DNA of 57,675 nucleotides, filler included, from Porpidia crustulata (lineage: Eukaryota), in assembly GCA_964255105.1 (NCBI GenBank). It is 6 parts of 6 records of this genome, joined end to end, with 100 filler letters (N's around TTAATTAATTAA, not from the genome) between each part and the next. Parts side by side here need not be neighbours in the genome. Positions count along the whole stretch, not along the records: positions 19,273 to 28,806 come from CAXUWE010000930.1; positions 28,907 to 38,431 come from CAXUWE010000931.1; 4 more parts are not named here. The stretch is one strand, 5' to 3'. Position numbers and translations under genes: made by a program. Shown in pieces: positions 22,141 through 33,869 of this stretch. The number at the start of each line of letters is the position of its first letter. The first letter of the stretch is position 1. The notes beneath the pieces were generated by a model. It searched no databases. It was not told the DNA's origin and saw nothing but the letters and a program-made list of their open reading frames with translations.

Positions 22141-25100
22141 ATGTCCAATCCGCTACCTCGGCTGGCCCAATTCTTCGATGCTGCTCGGCAAAGCACAGGC
22201 ACCATAAAGTAAGACTTCATCTCGAAACTCGAGAAGCAATATGTCATTTAGACTAATCTTCTCGATGGCTAGTATACCAGAGAAATTGGAACAAGAAGTT
22301 CAATTCTACTGCCATCGACAAGTGTGCATCAGCGCAAGCGATGTAACATCGATAGTAAAGGCTGTTGACTATACATCTGCCGACGGCAGAGAGGCTATGT
22401 CCCTACGTCTCGGCGCTCGCTCAATCGTTATTTTATGTGGACTCTTCAAGCGTGCCGAAGACTGCCTGGCGCAGCAGAGGGGTCTATGCCTATTGACAGT
22501 AAGACTGCCCTCGAAACTTTCCTGACATCCCCAACTGATATTACTAAGGAATCCATCCATGGAAATCCATCATCTTCGCAACCCCAACGAACTGTACGAT
22601 CGAGGCAGAAAGTGGCACTTGGACCGCTTTGTCTATCCTCGTTACTCCACGCCTTTACAAATACCGAGAACTCTGAATATGCGAGGAGATGGGTATGAAC
22701 GCTCTCGAATTGGAGTACTTGGATACTGAGTACCTTACTAGATAGCGTCCGTTGCGCTGGAATTACTCAAGGAATGTGAGGAGAATAGAGCGATTGTACT
22801 GCAGGGTACAAGTGCTTTGAGGTAGGTTTGTATTCTGTGATTTTTCCTAGAGCGCTGAGACGAGCAAAATTTAGACGCTCCCTTGGTACAGTCCTCGTTC
22901 ACGATAAGAGCCAAGTGCTTCGGCTCATAGCTGGAACTCTCATACGTGAAATGCTTCACTCTGATCTAGCGGCTGGAGACTTCTGCCCCGGATCACAAGG
23001 ACTGGATATGTTTTCTGACTTTCCCATAAGCCAGCACCACACTGCTGCATGGGTTACTGCCTTTCAAAATTTCATTGGAGATCTCAATTCGCAATATATG
23101 CTCAATCAAGAGTGAGATTCTGCCAGCTTCGGGCCGGTTGATTTCTAATTTTAAGTCATAGGAGATCTGATATGTTATTCGCGCATGCCGTCCTAGTTCA
23201 AGAAACAGGGGGAAGAATTGTCAGATACAGCACAGACAATGAGTCGGCTATATTGGTAACGATTTCCGAAGACCTTGTAATCGTCTTGCCGGCGTCAAAA
23301 AATGAGCCTGCTATTTATGTTGACGTTCCCCTCAAAAATATCGACGATGTTACTGTTGCGACCCTGGAAGATTCATCTCAACTAAGCCCGTTGATGGATC
23401 GGACAGTGGTAGCTCTTTCGATACAGATGTTCCAATCTCCAGAAAGCTCTTCCTATACCAACGCTGTGGAACGTCTTACGAGATCAATTGATATTGCTTT
23501 TGATACCGCAGAAGCCGCAGAGAGTCTTCAAAGATCCTTGGTAACCAGTTACAAAGAGCAGCTGCAAGTATCCCAATCAGCTAGTGGGATCAATATCTCC
23601 CAAGTACAAGCCAATGAGATAGATGAGCTAGCTTTATCTGATGGCTATAAAGAAATATTGGAGCATCCGAGAGGTACGATCTCGGACGCCGGGGCCGTAC
23701 CCATTTGGACAGAACAGTCGTCTGCTAGGGTGGTGGTTAGTAAATCAGAGAAGGAAGTTGATGTTTCGCAGGCTCAACTAGCCCAACTGATCAATACCAA
23801 CGATCCTCCTAGCTTCTCGCCAGACCCGGAACGTCTGATGGCCACTGCGATGCAGGTCTTGCCAGAATTGTCAATTGCAGTTTCAAATGCATTAGATATT
23901 GGCGCCCGATACACTGAAAACCTGGGACTTACAGAGCAAATGGAACCACACCATATGCCGCTCAATGGGTGTGTACCAGTGCTACAAGATCAAATTATCA
24001 GCGGCAGCGCTTGGATCGCGAGCAGTACGGATGCCTCGCATGAGAAAAGTCATGTTAATCATGCTCAAGCAATTAAACAGGCGGAGAATCATGTTAAATC
24101 TAAGCTGAAGAGTTCCATCCTTTGGCAAGGAGACAGACCTGTGATCGAATGCGCTCCTGAAATCGTTGGCATCTCTGCGCAGCAGAACAACCAAGTTGTT
24201 GAAGGAGAAGCGACTCGGCATAGCATTAACGGTCTTCCTGCGGAGCATCGTGGAGATGGTCCTAGTCTGTACGAAGCAAGTCCAGCAGCACTGCATTCTA
24301 GACCCCAGCAGGCAATACAATCCAGTGAGCAGTCTGGAAATAATTTCCCCCCAGAGAATCCAAGCAAAGACATCTTCCAACCACTACCCGCAAGCAATTC
24401 CGGCAAAACTTCATCCGAGAAGCTGATACATCGTCTGCGGAATACTAGAAGTGACATGAACGCTGAAATGTCACTGTTGAAGCCACCAACTAGCGTACGC
24501 TGTCCGAAGAATGAGAATGACTCAAATTCAATTAATGACATATCAGTCTCTTCGAACGCTAAGAAGACAAGCCGGCGCGGACAGAAGCCTCGCCAAGACA
24601 AACAATTATATAACGGAACTAGAAGCACTATAAATAGAAGTCATGCGAGTGCGGACTTTGATGTTTATGAGATGCCAGATTCTCCTCCACTGTCCAATGG
24701 TTCGCCGGAGGTCTCTTTCGAGGCTGCAATTACCAAGAAGAATAGCAATAGTAAGAAGGGACAAGCTGGAAGACGATTTCATGGTTCAAGGATCCCATTA
24801 GCGGCTGCGGCTTCCAGCATTACACGCCATTCACAGGTACTCAGCTCGCACCAAGGTACTTTGACTCTTAATACAAATCGGAAGACAATACCAAAATCAA
24901 AGGTTATCGCCACAGACTTGGTAGACTGGAACGAAGACCTCGAATCGACGAGTAAAAAGCTGGCAGGCAAGTCGCGTAAAGGCCAAAAGAAAGCCATAAA
25001 GGGCAAGCCGATAGCTGGCACGAATGGCATTGCATCAAAGAGTACAAATGCCGATTCAGCCTGTAAGAGAGCTGAAAAAGATGAAACTATCCCGCCGCAT

Positions 25101-28100
25101 TTAATTCACCGAAGAACAATGCGCGCCGCAGCCTTGACTGCAAACATGAAAATCCACGGTATCGCTGAGTTTGATGTAAATGAGAAGGAAGAGCCATTAG
25201 ATACTAGGCCTAACAGGCATGACGGAAAGGCCAGTGCAGCTCGGAAAGGAGACATCGTAGCTCAAAGCAAATCCCCAGGACCACGTGTGAAATTGAGAAA
25301 CAGAAAACAAAAAGATGCCCCAGATATTCGTGCAGACCCTCCTTTAGCTGGAAAGCAATCACTTAACGAATCTGCACTCAGTCTAGACAGTTCACAAGAA
25401 GCGATTGAACCCATAGCACACGAATTGCCTCAGAAGATCAACCCTTCAGACAAGGTAGATCTTATTAAGGATAGTGAAAGCAAAAGAACTGGACAGAGTT
25501 CAGAGCAGAACACAACACGGAAGGAATCTCCCAAACCTATCACTCTTACCCTAAAAGGTGGACTAGACCTGACTCCGGACAAGGAGATCGATTTTGGAGG
25601 CGTTGATATTTTACCTATAGAAAACACCCACTTTCGTGATACAATGGTATTCACTGATGGTGACAATCTTGATGATTGCGTGTCGCCGGTCTACAAGGAT
25701 GACCTCCCAGTCCCAGTTGCTGAACATACGAGTGAAAGGAACAGAACTTTGGAGCTACGGCATTACAGTCCTCGACACGAAGATAAGAAGGATATCGAAA
25801 AGCAGTTCAATCCATCCGCTTCCGAAGCTGGGAGCCGTTGGGCTAACAAGCTTATCGGTGCTCTGTCAGATATTCCTAAGCTATCAGGAACTTGTACTTC
25901 ACCAAATACTACAAGTATAGGAGAACACAACCAAATACGGGACAAGCCTCACGCCACCCCCAAAGCTCACACATCGAAACTCTCGACACACTCAAGTAAG
26001 CTTGAGGGGGCTACAAAAGGGGTTTTGGAGTCTTCATTACCTCGCCATAAAACCCACAAAAGGCTTGACCGTCGGACCTATCATTTGACGATACCAGAAA
26101 GCGATTCCAAGGGGCGAGAGCTCCGGCCCTTGGAGCTACCCGCGGATGGAAACTCGGCGATAGATGTGCCACATGCAAGGCCTACTTCCAAGCAGGACTC
26201 GGCAATTCGACTTGCAGAAGCGAAACACATCTCCTCTGGGATGGATGAGAGCTTCGAGGAAAGTTTTGTGCCCAAGCCAGAGGTATCTAACGGTCCGGCA
26301 TCTGAGTTCCTCCATGCTAACGCGCACGCTGCCTCCGTAAATTTGGCCGTATCACGTGCAGTCGATCCGCAGCGTCCTTTAGACATCACACAGTTGGCCG
26401 AAGTGTCAGCACCTCAGTCAGGCACGAAAGTTGGGCTTATGAAGCCTAGTAGAGTGGTAATTGGGCTAGCACAGTCCAACCGAGCTTCTATGAGAAATTT
26501 GCCAAACATGACGCCGGAAAGGACTGCACAGCATACACATACTTCGGATCTACATCGGAAAGTAAACTTGATCAGCTTTAGTGCGAAAGGCCCACAGAAC
26601 CAGGGAATTCTATCGGGCGATAGGAATCGTCCCTTAGGGAGCAACGGGGATCGAGATCATAGACTTATGTCAACGGGAAAGCTTCAGTATCCTCACCTCA
26701 TGGAAGTAGATCAAGTGGTGGGCGAAGTCCATCCAGAGAACCTTTACATAATGCAGCCACATATGAGTGCAGCTGATGGTCGTCAAGCATCAGAGGTGAC
26801 ATCAAGCTATGGTAGCAGCCGTGCGGGAAAACTTGCTTCGAAACTGCAGAGAGTCAAGCCAGTGGCGAGACACGACCAAGTACCTGTCACATTACCGCTT
26901 GCAAGACCCGCCCCTTTACAAGACGATCAGACAGGCATCGAAGCACCTGGAGTAGAAAGTCAAATGCCGGCGAGATCGTCTGTTGCAGTTGCATACATGG
27001 GTTATAAGCACGTGGATGCAGCTTTTGGAAACAAAGTTGACGCCCCTACCAGGATATTGAACGCGGTGTCTACGAAAATGCCGAGCACCGCTGTCAATAA
27101 CAGAAATCTCGAGTCATCTCCGATACATTGGCAAGCCGGCCATTCCAGACCAAGGCAGACCAAGAGACATGCAGACGAACAAGCTGTTAGTACTCTTAAT
27201 GAAGTCGCGCTCGGAAAACGTCGGAAGCTGTCCTTTGAGGCCCCTTTCGAGAAGCAAACGACGCCGAGATCAGCATCAAGGAGAACTAGTCCAGTAGTAC
27301 AAGACTTTTGGCGAAGAAAAGGCTCACAGAGTAACAAGGTAGATGACAATGGCAGCCCATTGCCTTATGTTCCTACTCGCCATTCTCACGTTGCCGAATC
27401 TGAGTCTCGTGGTACTCAAGACGTAATTCGGCTTCCGCCGCCAGGCAGAAGTATTCGAGGCCAGCAGAATATCGCACTGTTGAGTGACATTGCTAAGGAC
27501 AAAGAAGCCAATACCAAGTTCTGCCAAGGCTGTAAGGCTATGTATCCAAACAAAACGCATCCAAACATGGCCAGCAACAACAAATTACTGCCAAGCTCGC
27601 CAAACGACAACTCGAGCATTATTGATGAAATGGAACCGCATCACATCGATCCGAGCGGTAAGTTGGTCAACCTTGAGACAGAAAGAGCCATCACGTTGCA
27701 GGAGCCTCCAGATCCCTTTGTGGGAATGGCTCGAATACCGGCAACTTCCTTCATGGATGCCCTGCGGCAAGCCAATGATCGCCCTTCAAACATCGTGAAA
27801 AACTATGATGATCGTCTGGACGAGGATGAGCAGGATTTGGACAACACTTTAGTTGCACAAGACTTGCGAGATGGGAGTTCCGAAACAGCCTCCCAAGCCA
27901 GTTTAACTTCTGAGAATACAACATCTAAGGATAAATCATCGTCGGAGAAGGCCTCTCGCCGTGAATATGAGGCCGGTATGGAACATGAATGGCGCAAGAC
28001 CCTTCAACCCCACAATGGCAACACCCTCGACATCTTATACGATATCTCTCACGTAAGTCCTGCAAGCCACCCATAATCGGGATTCCGTTTTGCTAATTCT

Positions 28101-28429
28101 GGTACTAGTACTTGGTCCGCCGTCTTGTGTCTAAAGAGACCGCAGTTCAAGACCTTGTGAATGATTATAAGCGCGGTGCGGAGAGACTTCTGGGCAAATA
28201 CCAGGAAGCGCGTGAAGAAGAACTCAATACCCACCATAAGAGCTCTAAAAAATCAAAACGAGACTTGGCGGCGCTGTACAATGGGGCCGAAGAGAATCTT
28301 GAGCGGGAAAGAGATAAAGTGAAGAGGAGACCAGTAGCAGAGTATGAGCAAACGTGGCAGGAACGTCGCGAGGTACAGAAGACGAGGTTGGAGGCGGCGC
28401 TGGGGGCGCTGGAGGCGCTGGAGGTGTAG
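22141..28429 (+). CDS. Large (about 2000 aa) multi-exon hypothetical protein; candidate meiotic chromosome-axis protein
   Basis: Five small 5' exons (from ATG 22141; donors near 22209, 22322, 22693, 22822, 23111) splice in frame into the 1634-aa ORF. A last intron near 28053-28108 leads to a coiled-coil exon ending at TAG 28429. Confidence 0.75.
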
Positions 28430-28806
28430 AAGCGGGATTTTTGAAGGCGTTGATCTTTTGACCTTTATTTTGCATTGGTACGGCATCTTGCTTGGCTTTG
28501 CTTAATAGAATCCATGTCGAAGGTAGTAAGTATCTTCGTCAAGTATCTGTGTCGTAGATTGCTGGTCAGCTGGAATTCTTCGGACATTGTTTAGCTCTTT
28601 TAATTGTGATGATGACCTTGTGCCAGAGAGACTGCGATTATGGTGCTTCCTCGTTGATCTCGTCAATGCTCACGCGAAAACTTTGAGTCAATCAAATGTC
28701 AGGCCCAATACTCAGAAGCCTGCCGGCAAAAATAATCCATACCTAGGTATTTACCTCAGCGCCAGCAATGCACATCATCCCATCATTACTCTTCCCCCCC
28801 AGGCTC

Positions 28807-28906
28807 NNNNNNNNNNNNNNNNNNNNNNNNNNNNNNNNNNNNNNNNNNNNTTAATTAATTAANNNNNNNNNNNNNNNNNNNNNNNNNNNNNNNNNNNNNN
28901 NNNNNN
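28807..28906. other. Artificial contig spacer
   Basis: N44-TTAATTAATTAA-N44. Confidence 0.98.
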
Positions 28907-29264
28907 GGGGATAGGATACGTGGGAGGGTGAGTGGGTTGGTTTGGGACGGTGGATGTACGGGTATAGTGTTCGTCGTTCCAGTGCCTTTTGGAGTAGTAC
29001 AGAGGAGAGGTGGTTGAGGAACGTAGGGAGTAAGATGTGAAGGCCTGGCAGAAGTAGGGGCCAGGGCTAAGTGGATTACCAGGCATGTGCGACACGGCTT
29101 CCAGCTTCGTTGAATTCATCCCGAGTAGCTTCGTTCCAGACTGCCAATTCAAATTGTACAAGGAATCCCTAAAGCCCCGATATTTCGCCCCGCTCAGATG
29201 ACCCCTTTCCCACTCTCACTCGACCTCTCACCCGACCTCCACAAAATCCACACGCAAACACCAC

Positions 29265-29778
29265 TTACTCCGCCGCCGTCACCGCCCGCGCTAAACACCA
29301 ACCCGTCAGCATCCATAAACCCACCATCTCCGCGCCGTAGCCTTTACGTACTGTAGATGCTCAACTTGCTGTGCCCCACGACCTTCTTGATCTGCCCCTT
29401 CTCCTCGAGATCATTCAAAGCTTGCCGGGCCAAACTGCCGTTGATCTTCAGTCTGTCCACGAGGGTGGCGACGGTGATGAGGCGGTAGGATTGGACGTCC
29501 TTGTAGAGTTTGTCCGAGGTAGCTTTGTCGAGGACGACCATGTGGTTGGCTTTTTCCTTGACTGTGACGGGAGTGGAATATGGGTGTTAGATTCGATGTT
29601 CTCTAGTTGATGGCACGATTGGGGTTGAGAGAGTTCGGGATGAGGGGAGGACGGTTACCTTTGCCCTTTGACCACTTCTTCTTTTGCTTCTTGCCAGCGG
29701 ATGCTGCTGCCGGGGCCTACCGGGGAGACTATCAGTATGCGAGGCGCGTTATGGGTTAAGAGATCATGAGCTTACCAT
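29265..29778 (-). CDS. RPS25: 40S ribosomal protein S25 (eS25), 4 exons
   Basis: ATG-only first coding exon (29778-29776), then APAAASAGKKQKKKWSKGK, VKEKANHMVVLDKATSDKLYKDVQSYRLITVATLVDRLKINGSLAR..., and a last exon ending RAVTAAE* (TAA 29265-29267). Confidence 0.96.
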
Positions 29779-30037
29779 GATTGCGAATGAGGGACTTGAT
29801 GGTGGTCGATCGTTAAGTTTACGGCGCGAGTGTATCGTGAAATCCAGTGTGGGCTTAAGCGAGGCTAGGCCGAAAATGGCTCCATAACGATGGACATGAC
29901 GCCTCAGCATCAAGCTGTGCCACTACTTGTGAGCAGCAACTGTATCTATCTATTTACAAACAATAAATGCTGGTCTTCTGATTCGCACGACACGTTTAAT
30001 CAACAATCGGGTTTTTGCTAGCTCCACAGGTTGACTT

Positions 30038-30134
30038 TACTCGTACATACCCCTAGCTCGGCCACTGTACTAAGGGTTAGGGTTCCTCAATCGAGTTTCA
30101 GTCAGCGTGGCCGAACTAGGGGTGAGTACGGGTA
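30038..30134. repeat. Imperfect 28-bp inverted repeat (foldback/MITE-like) with a telomere-like repeat in the loop
   Basis: TACTCGTACATACCCCTAGCTCGGCCAC (30038-30065) pairs with GTGGCCGAACTAGGGGTGAGTACGGGTA (30107-30134) at 24 of 28 Watson-Crick positions plus 2 G-T pairs. Confidence 0.8.
30071..30084. promoter_or_regulatory. Telobox (TTAGGG-type, putative Tbf1 site) upstream of RPS25
   Basis: TAAGGGTTAGGGTT about 295 bp upstream of the RPS25 ATG. Tbf1-type TTAGGG sites are known in ascomycete ribosomal-protein promoters. Confidence 0.45.
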
Positions 30135-30272
30135 CTGGCCAGGAAGCCTACCCATCGTGGTACTTGGCGCCATTCATATATGTCAGGTAGGAACCCAGTG
30201 AATTTGCTTCTCGACCCAACCAAGGGACATCTTCTGCTCTGGCAAGAATGTCTGGGCCGGATTGTAGCCTGG

Positions 30273-30522
30273 CACGCGGGAGACAAAAAAATCCGGACCG
30301 CAAACACCTATCCCCAGCCCATACCATCAAATTTACTACATTTTGAAAGATATTTACTGATTTAATAATTAATCATCTCATCCTTGTCTTTAGCAGATGT
30401 ATTATGATTTTGATGAGAGATCAACATCATGTTGTTGAATTTTCATATTCGAAAATATGGTAGTAAATCTAATGTAGGCGCGGAATCAATATTTGCGGTC
30501 CGGATTTTTTGTCTCCCGCGTG
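30273..30522. mobile_element. 250-bp non-autonomous DNA transposon (MITE)
   Basis: TIRs CACGCGGGAGAC(A7)TCCGGACCGCAAA (30273-30304) and its reverse complement with A6 (30492-30522). Direct repeat CCTGG on both flanks (30268-30272, 30523-30527); AT-rich non-coding interior. Confidence 0.85.
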
Positions 30523-30714
30523 CCTGGTTCGTGGAAGTTATAGTACATCTTGGTCGTACTGTGAAGCAACGACCGACAGTAGCTTCATTTACTGATGAAG
30601 TCTTTGCGACTGAATTGGTTTTAGATAACCAGTCACTCTTAAGGACTTGGCCAGCTTTCAAGTTGCTCAACACTCGCTCAACATTCCAATGACACAAATC
30701 TCCCTAACCCTAAG

Positions 30715-31658
30715 TCACGCACTCTTAAACCTCACCTCTCTCGGCTCCCCCAATGTCATTACCGCATTGTCTAACCACAGTCCCAACTTCCATCTTCCCA
30801 ATCCGGGCCACCAATTTGCAACTATCGCCCGCTCTTCCTCCCCGTTGGTTCCGTCTTGCTTCATATCAACCCAGCAGCCCCTAGTCTTTGAACTTTTCAG
30901 TACGGGGCTGCTAGCCTTCCAGTCCTGCGTCCCCACTTCCACATTCTTGGATTCCCCAGTTCCCTGAGGTAGCGGTGGTTGCACGATGGTACCGTCGAGA
31001 CCAAGGTACGAGGTCCATGAGCTGGAGAAGGGGAAGGAAAATGAAAAGAGGGAGGGGAGGGGATGAATGGTGAAGGTAAAGGAATTACCTGTGGTTGGAT
31101 AGATTGTGACTTTGAGGGGGAGTGGGGAGGAAGCTGAGAGTGGATGGAATGTGAAGTGTGCGAGATGTCTGAGGCCGGTAGGCCCATTAGATGCATCCCA
31201 AAATGCCAAGGGTAAAATAAGACCCACTTTGGGATATTCCAATTCTTCCGGCCTGATTTCCACAATCAGAACTTTTGTTCAATGGCGCGTTCAATATCTG
31301 TCTTGGGTAGTGGCCCACCGTTGTAACACGTCTCCTCCTGACTAACGTAGATTGCTGTGATCCTCGCGTTCTTGCCTCCTCCAGGAGAGTCAAAATCTCC
31401 GGGAAGCAACGCAAACTCATCGTACGCCCCTACCGGAGTCTCAGTGTAGCGTATAATCTGGCCCATACACACTCCGCCTCTGTAAGTCCCCGCCTCGGTT
31501 TCGGCGCTGAAGGCTGTCGAGGAAGCTTCAAGAGGGGCATACGCAATATCACGTGGTAGGCCCGAGGAAGCAGGCTGATAGAAGCCAAACGTGTACACTG
31601 TACATTTACAAGTCCAAGGTGGAAGAGCGATCTTGATAGTGTCCACGGAAGAATCCAT
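30715..31658 (-). CDS. Acetoacetate-decarboxylase-like fold protein
   Basis: PPWTCKC...GGVCMGQIIRYTETPVGAYDEFALLPG...ARITAIYVSQEETCYNG, then an intron, then RKNWNIPK, with a further intron leading into HLAHFTF...VQPPLPQG. Confidence 0.7.
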
Positions 31659-31986
31659 TCTTCGGCGTTAGAATCTATTTGGTATCGACGGAAATGCCCT
31701 GCAAATTCCTCGATCAGGATATTCAGGCAATTGCTGAAAAGTCTGTATCGAAGTTGACTGTGGACGGGGTTATCTAGGTAGGTAGAGGTCTGACATTAAG
31801 CGCATAGCATAAGCGCGGTAAGGCGATCAACACCTTGAGGTAGTATCATAGAATCGAACTGCGAGGACCCCAGTTAGCACAGTATTGTATAACAGTGCCT
31901 CAATGTAAAGTACTGATGAGAAAATCCAACGTAATGACTTTACAGGGACTGCTTCCAGGGTCGGGAGCGATCACTCTAGTCTTATC

Positions 31987-33661
31987 CTAGCGGCGGTAGT
32001 GAAAAGTATCATCAATGGCATCTGAATGATTCCAATTTCCGGATTCGTCATGGCCAAATGAACCTTCCGAATTTTCTTGAGGTATCCTGATAGGAGAAAG
32101 ATCAAAAGAATTGCCTTCATCAAACATGTCCTCAGGTCCAGCACCGAATGAATGGGATTTCAAGGACTGAACAATACCCTCGCCATTGCTCATAATCTGC
32201 GCAGTCACATAATTGTGCAAGTTGCTCAACATGAGGGTAGGCAGATCCTTCGTCTCATTGAGTAGCCAGCTAACCTCCGTTCTGCCACCCGGTCTATCGA
32301 GGCGTAGATAGATCACCAGGGGCTTCTCCCAGGTGGCTCTCCATAGATGGAGGGTCGGTTCGCTGATAGCGCAGTGTATCAGCAGTAGGTCCGCGATAGT
32401 CGGATGCCACTGGATCTTTTTGATAGGTGAATGGTGCATGATTACAGCAACGGCGGCCGATATCTTTGTTGACCAGATCCAAACCGTCGAGGGTATTGAG
32501 TCGCTTCTTGTTGCAATTAAATCCCCTTCGTTGTTGAATCCCATCGCAGATACTCCGGTTCTCAGATTCTCTTTTATCGAGAGGGAAGCTCGTGTTGGTG
32601 GGCAAGCAGGTTGCGGTGCCTCAATATAACTTCGCTTTTTAGTCGCGTCAATTTGCTCTTGCCATACGACTCCGTGACGAAGAGACACAGTATGCGAATG
32701 ATCAAAATGATGGGTTGGAGAAACCTACAAGACTGTTAGTGTATATCGCGAGGAAATAGCTTGGCTTGGCTTACAGTATTTTTGGCGAGTAAGGTAACAC
32801 GTTCGCTGTAATCTCCAATTGCTAAAGACTCAGCAGTTGGGCTCCATAGAAGGGTCTTAACCCCTAGTCCTACGTTATGTGCATCTTGCTCGCCTAGGTA
32901 AGTTTTGAAAAGATGTCCGTCAGCCGTGTATATCAAAACCTTGTATCCGCTGCTAGCAGTATCCCATATGGCCAGCCATCGACCGTCAGGACTCCACCGC
33001 AGTCCTTGCGCATCTGCCGTGGCTGGATCAAAAGTTCTGTACAAATCGAGACTATAAGGATCAAGTAACATGACAGTATCGTGGGCGGTGTCACGGGTCA
33101 AAATAGCCAAATGCCCGGTCTGCGGTCTATGGCCATAGCCATGTACAAGCGCTTTAGGATCTCTGATATCTATCCCTCGATTGGTAATTAAGGACCAAAT
33201 AGTGACTTTGACATTGAAATCTGAGAAGACCATAATTTCGTCTTGCGTGCGGCCAAATTCAACATTAGCTATGCTATCAAGATCACTTGCAGCACCACTG
33301 ATCTCAGCTCTCCACTGAGCATCATTGGCATCATAAACGAGCACAATGTCATCGTTTGCCAAAAGTACGCGTTCGGGCTTTTGGAAATCTTGTCGATTTT
33401 CCCGAAGCTTTCTTCTATAGTCATTTGCTTTGTACCAGCGGACGTAACGACACGTGGCTGCGAAATTTTGGGGTAATTCAAAGTCTTGGACCGTTTCACC
33501 GCCCAGAGATGAACGAAGTAGTAGATGAGATTGATGGATCGTTGCAATGAGTTTACCATCAGGAGATGCGACTGAAATATGAGTCGCTAGAATATTTGTC
33601 AGCAAATAATTCAGATACTACTCTTGAGTGAATACGCGTTACATTGAAAGCATTGAGGCAT
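31987..33661 (-). CDS. WD40 protein WRAP73/Wdr8 (spindle-pole-body associated)
   Basis: VFSDFNVKVTIWSL, DAQGLRWSPDGRWLAIWD, LIYTADGHLFK, LGVKTLLWSP, TRSDSIPSTVWIW. Short first exon MPQCFQ (33661-33643); second intron near 32725-32774. Confidence 0.82.
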
Positions 33662-33869
33662 CGCTGTCGTATTTGTATTTCACTCTGATATTGACTGCGG
33701 TTTACATGGATGATACCAAAAGTAAACAAAGCGGTAGTCGCGGCTAGATTTCTCAGGGCGCGTATCAATCAAATATGAATTGAATATCATTCAAGGTTCA
33801 GGTACGCATTGATCTAGCTGACTATGGCAGTGAATCGATCTGTTACTTTAGTCTATCGGATGCTATGCT

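Noticed and set aside
30608..30620. AACCAATTCAGTC on the minus strand resembling RNase P conserved region V
   Set aside because: No matching conserved region I or P4 partner, and the upstream part would overlap a CDS.
30071..30712. Telomerase RNA template (AACCCTAACCCT on the minus strand near 30073-30084; CCCTAACCCTAA at 30701-30712)
   Set aside because: No room for a kilobase-scale RNA between the flanking genes and no recognisable pseudoknot; telobox or chance is a simpler explanation.
30660..30717. Stop-codon readthrough to a cryptic peroxisomal signal after the ADC-like gene
   Set aside because: The context is TGA CTT rather than TGA CTA, and the extension does not end in a PTS1 tripeptide.
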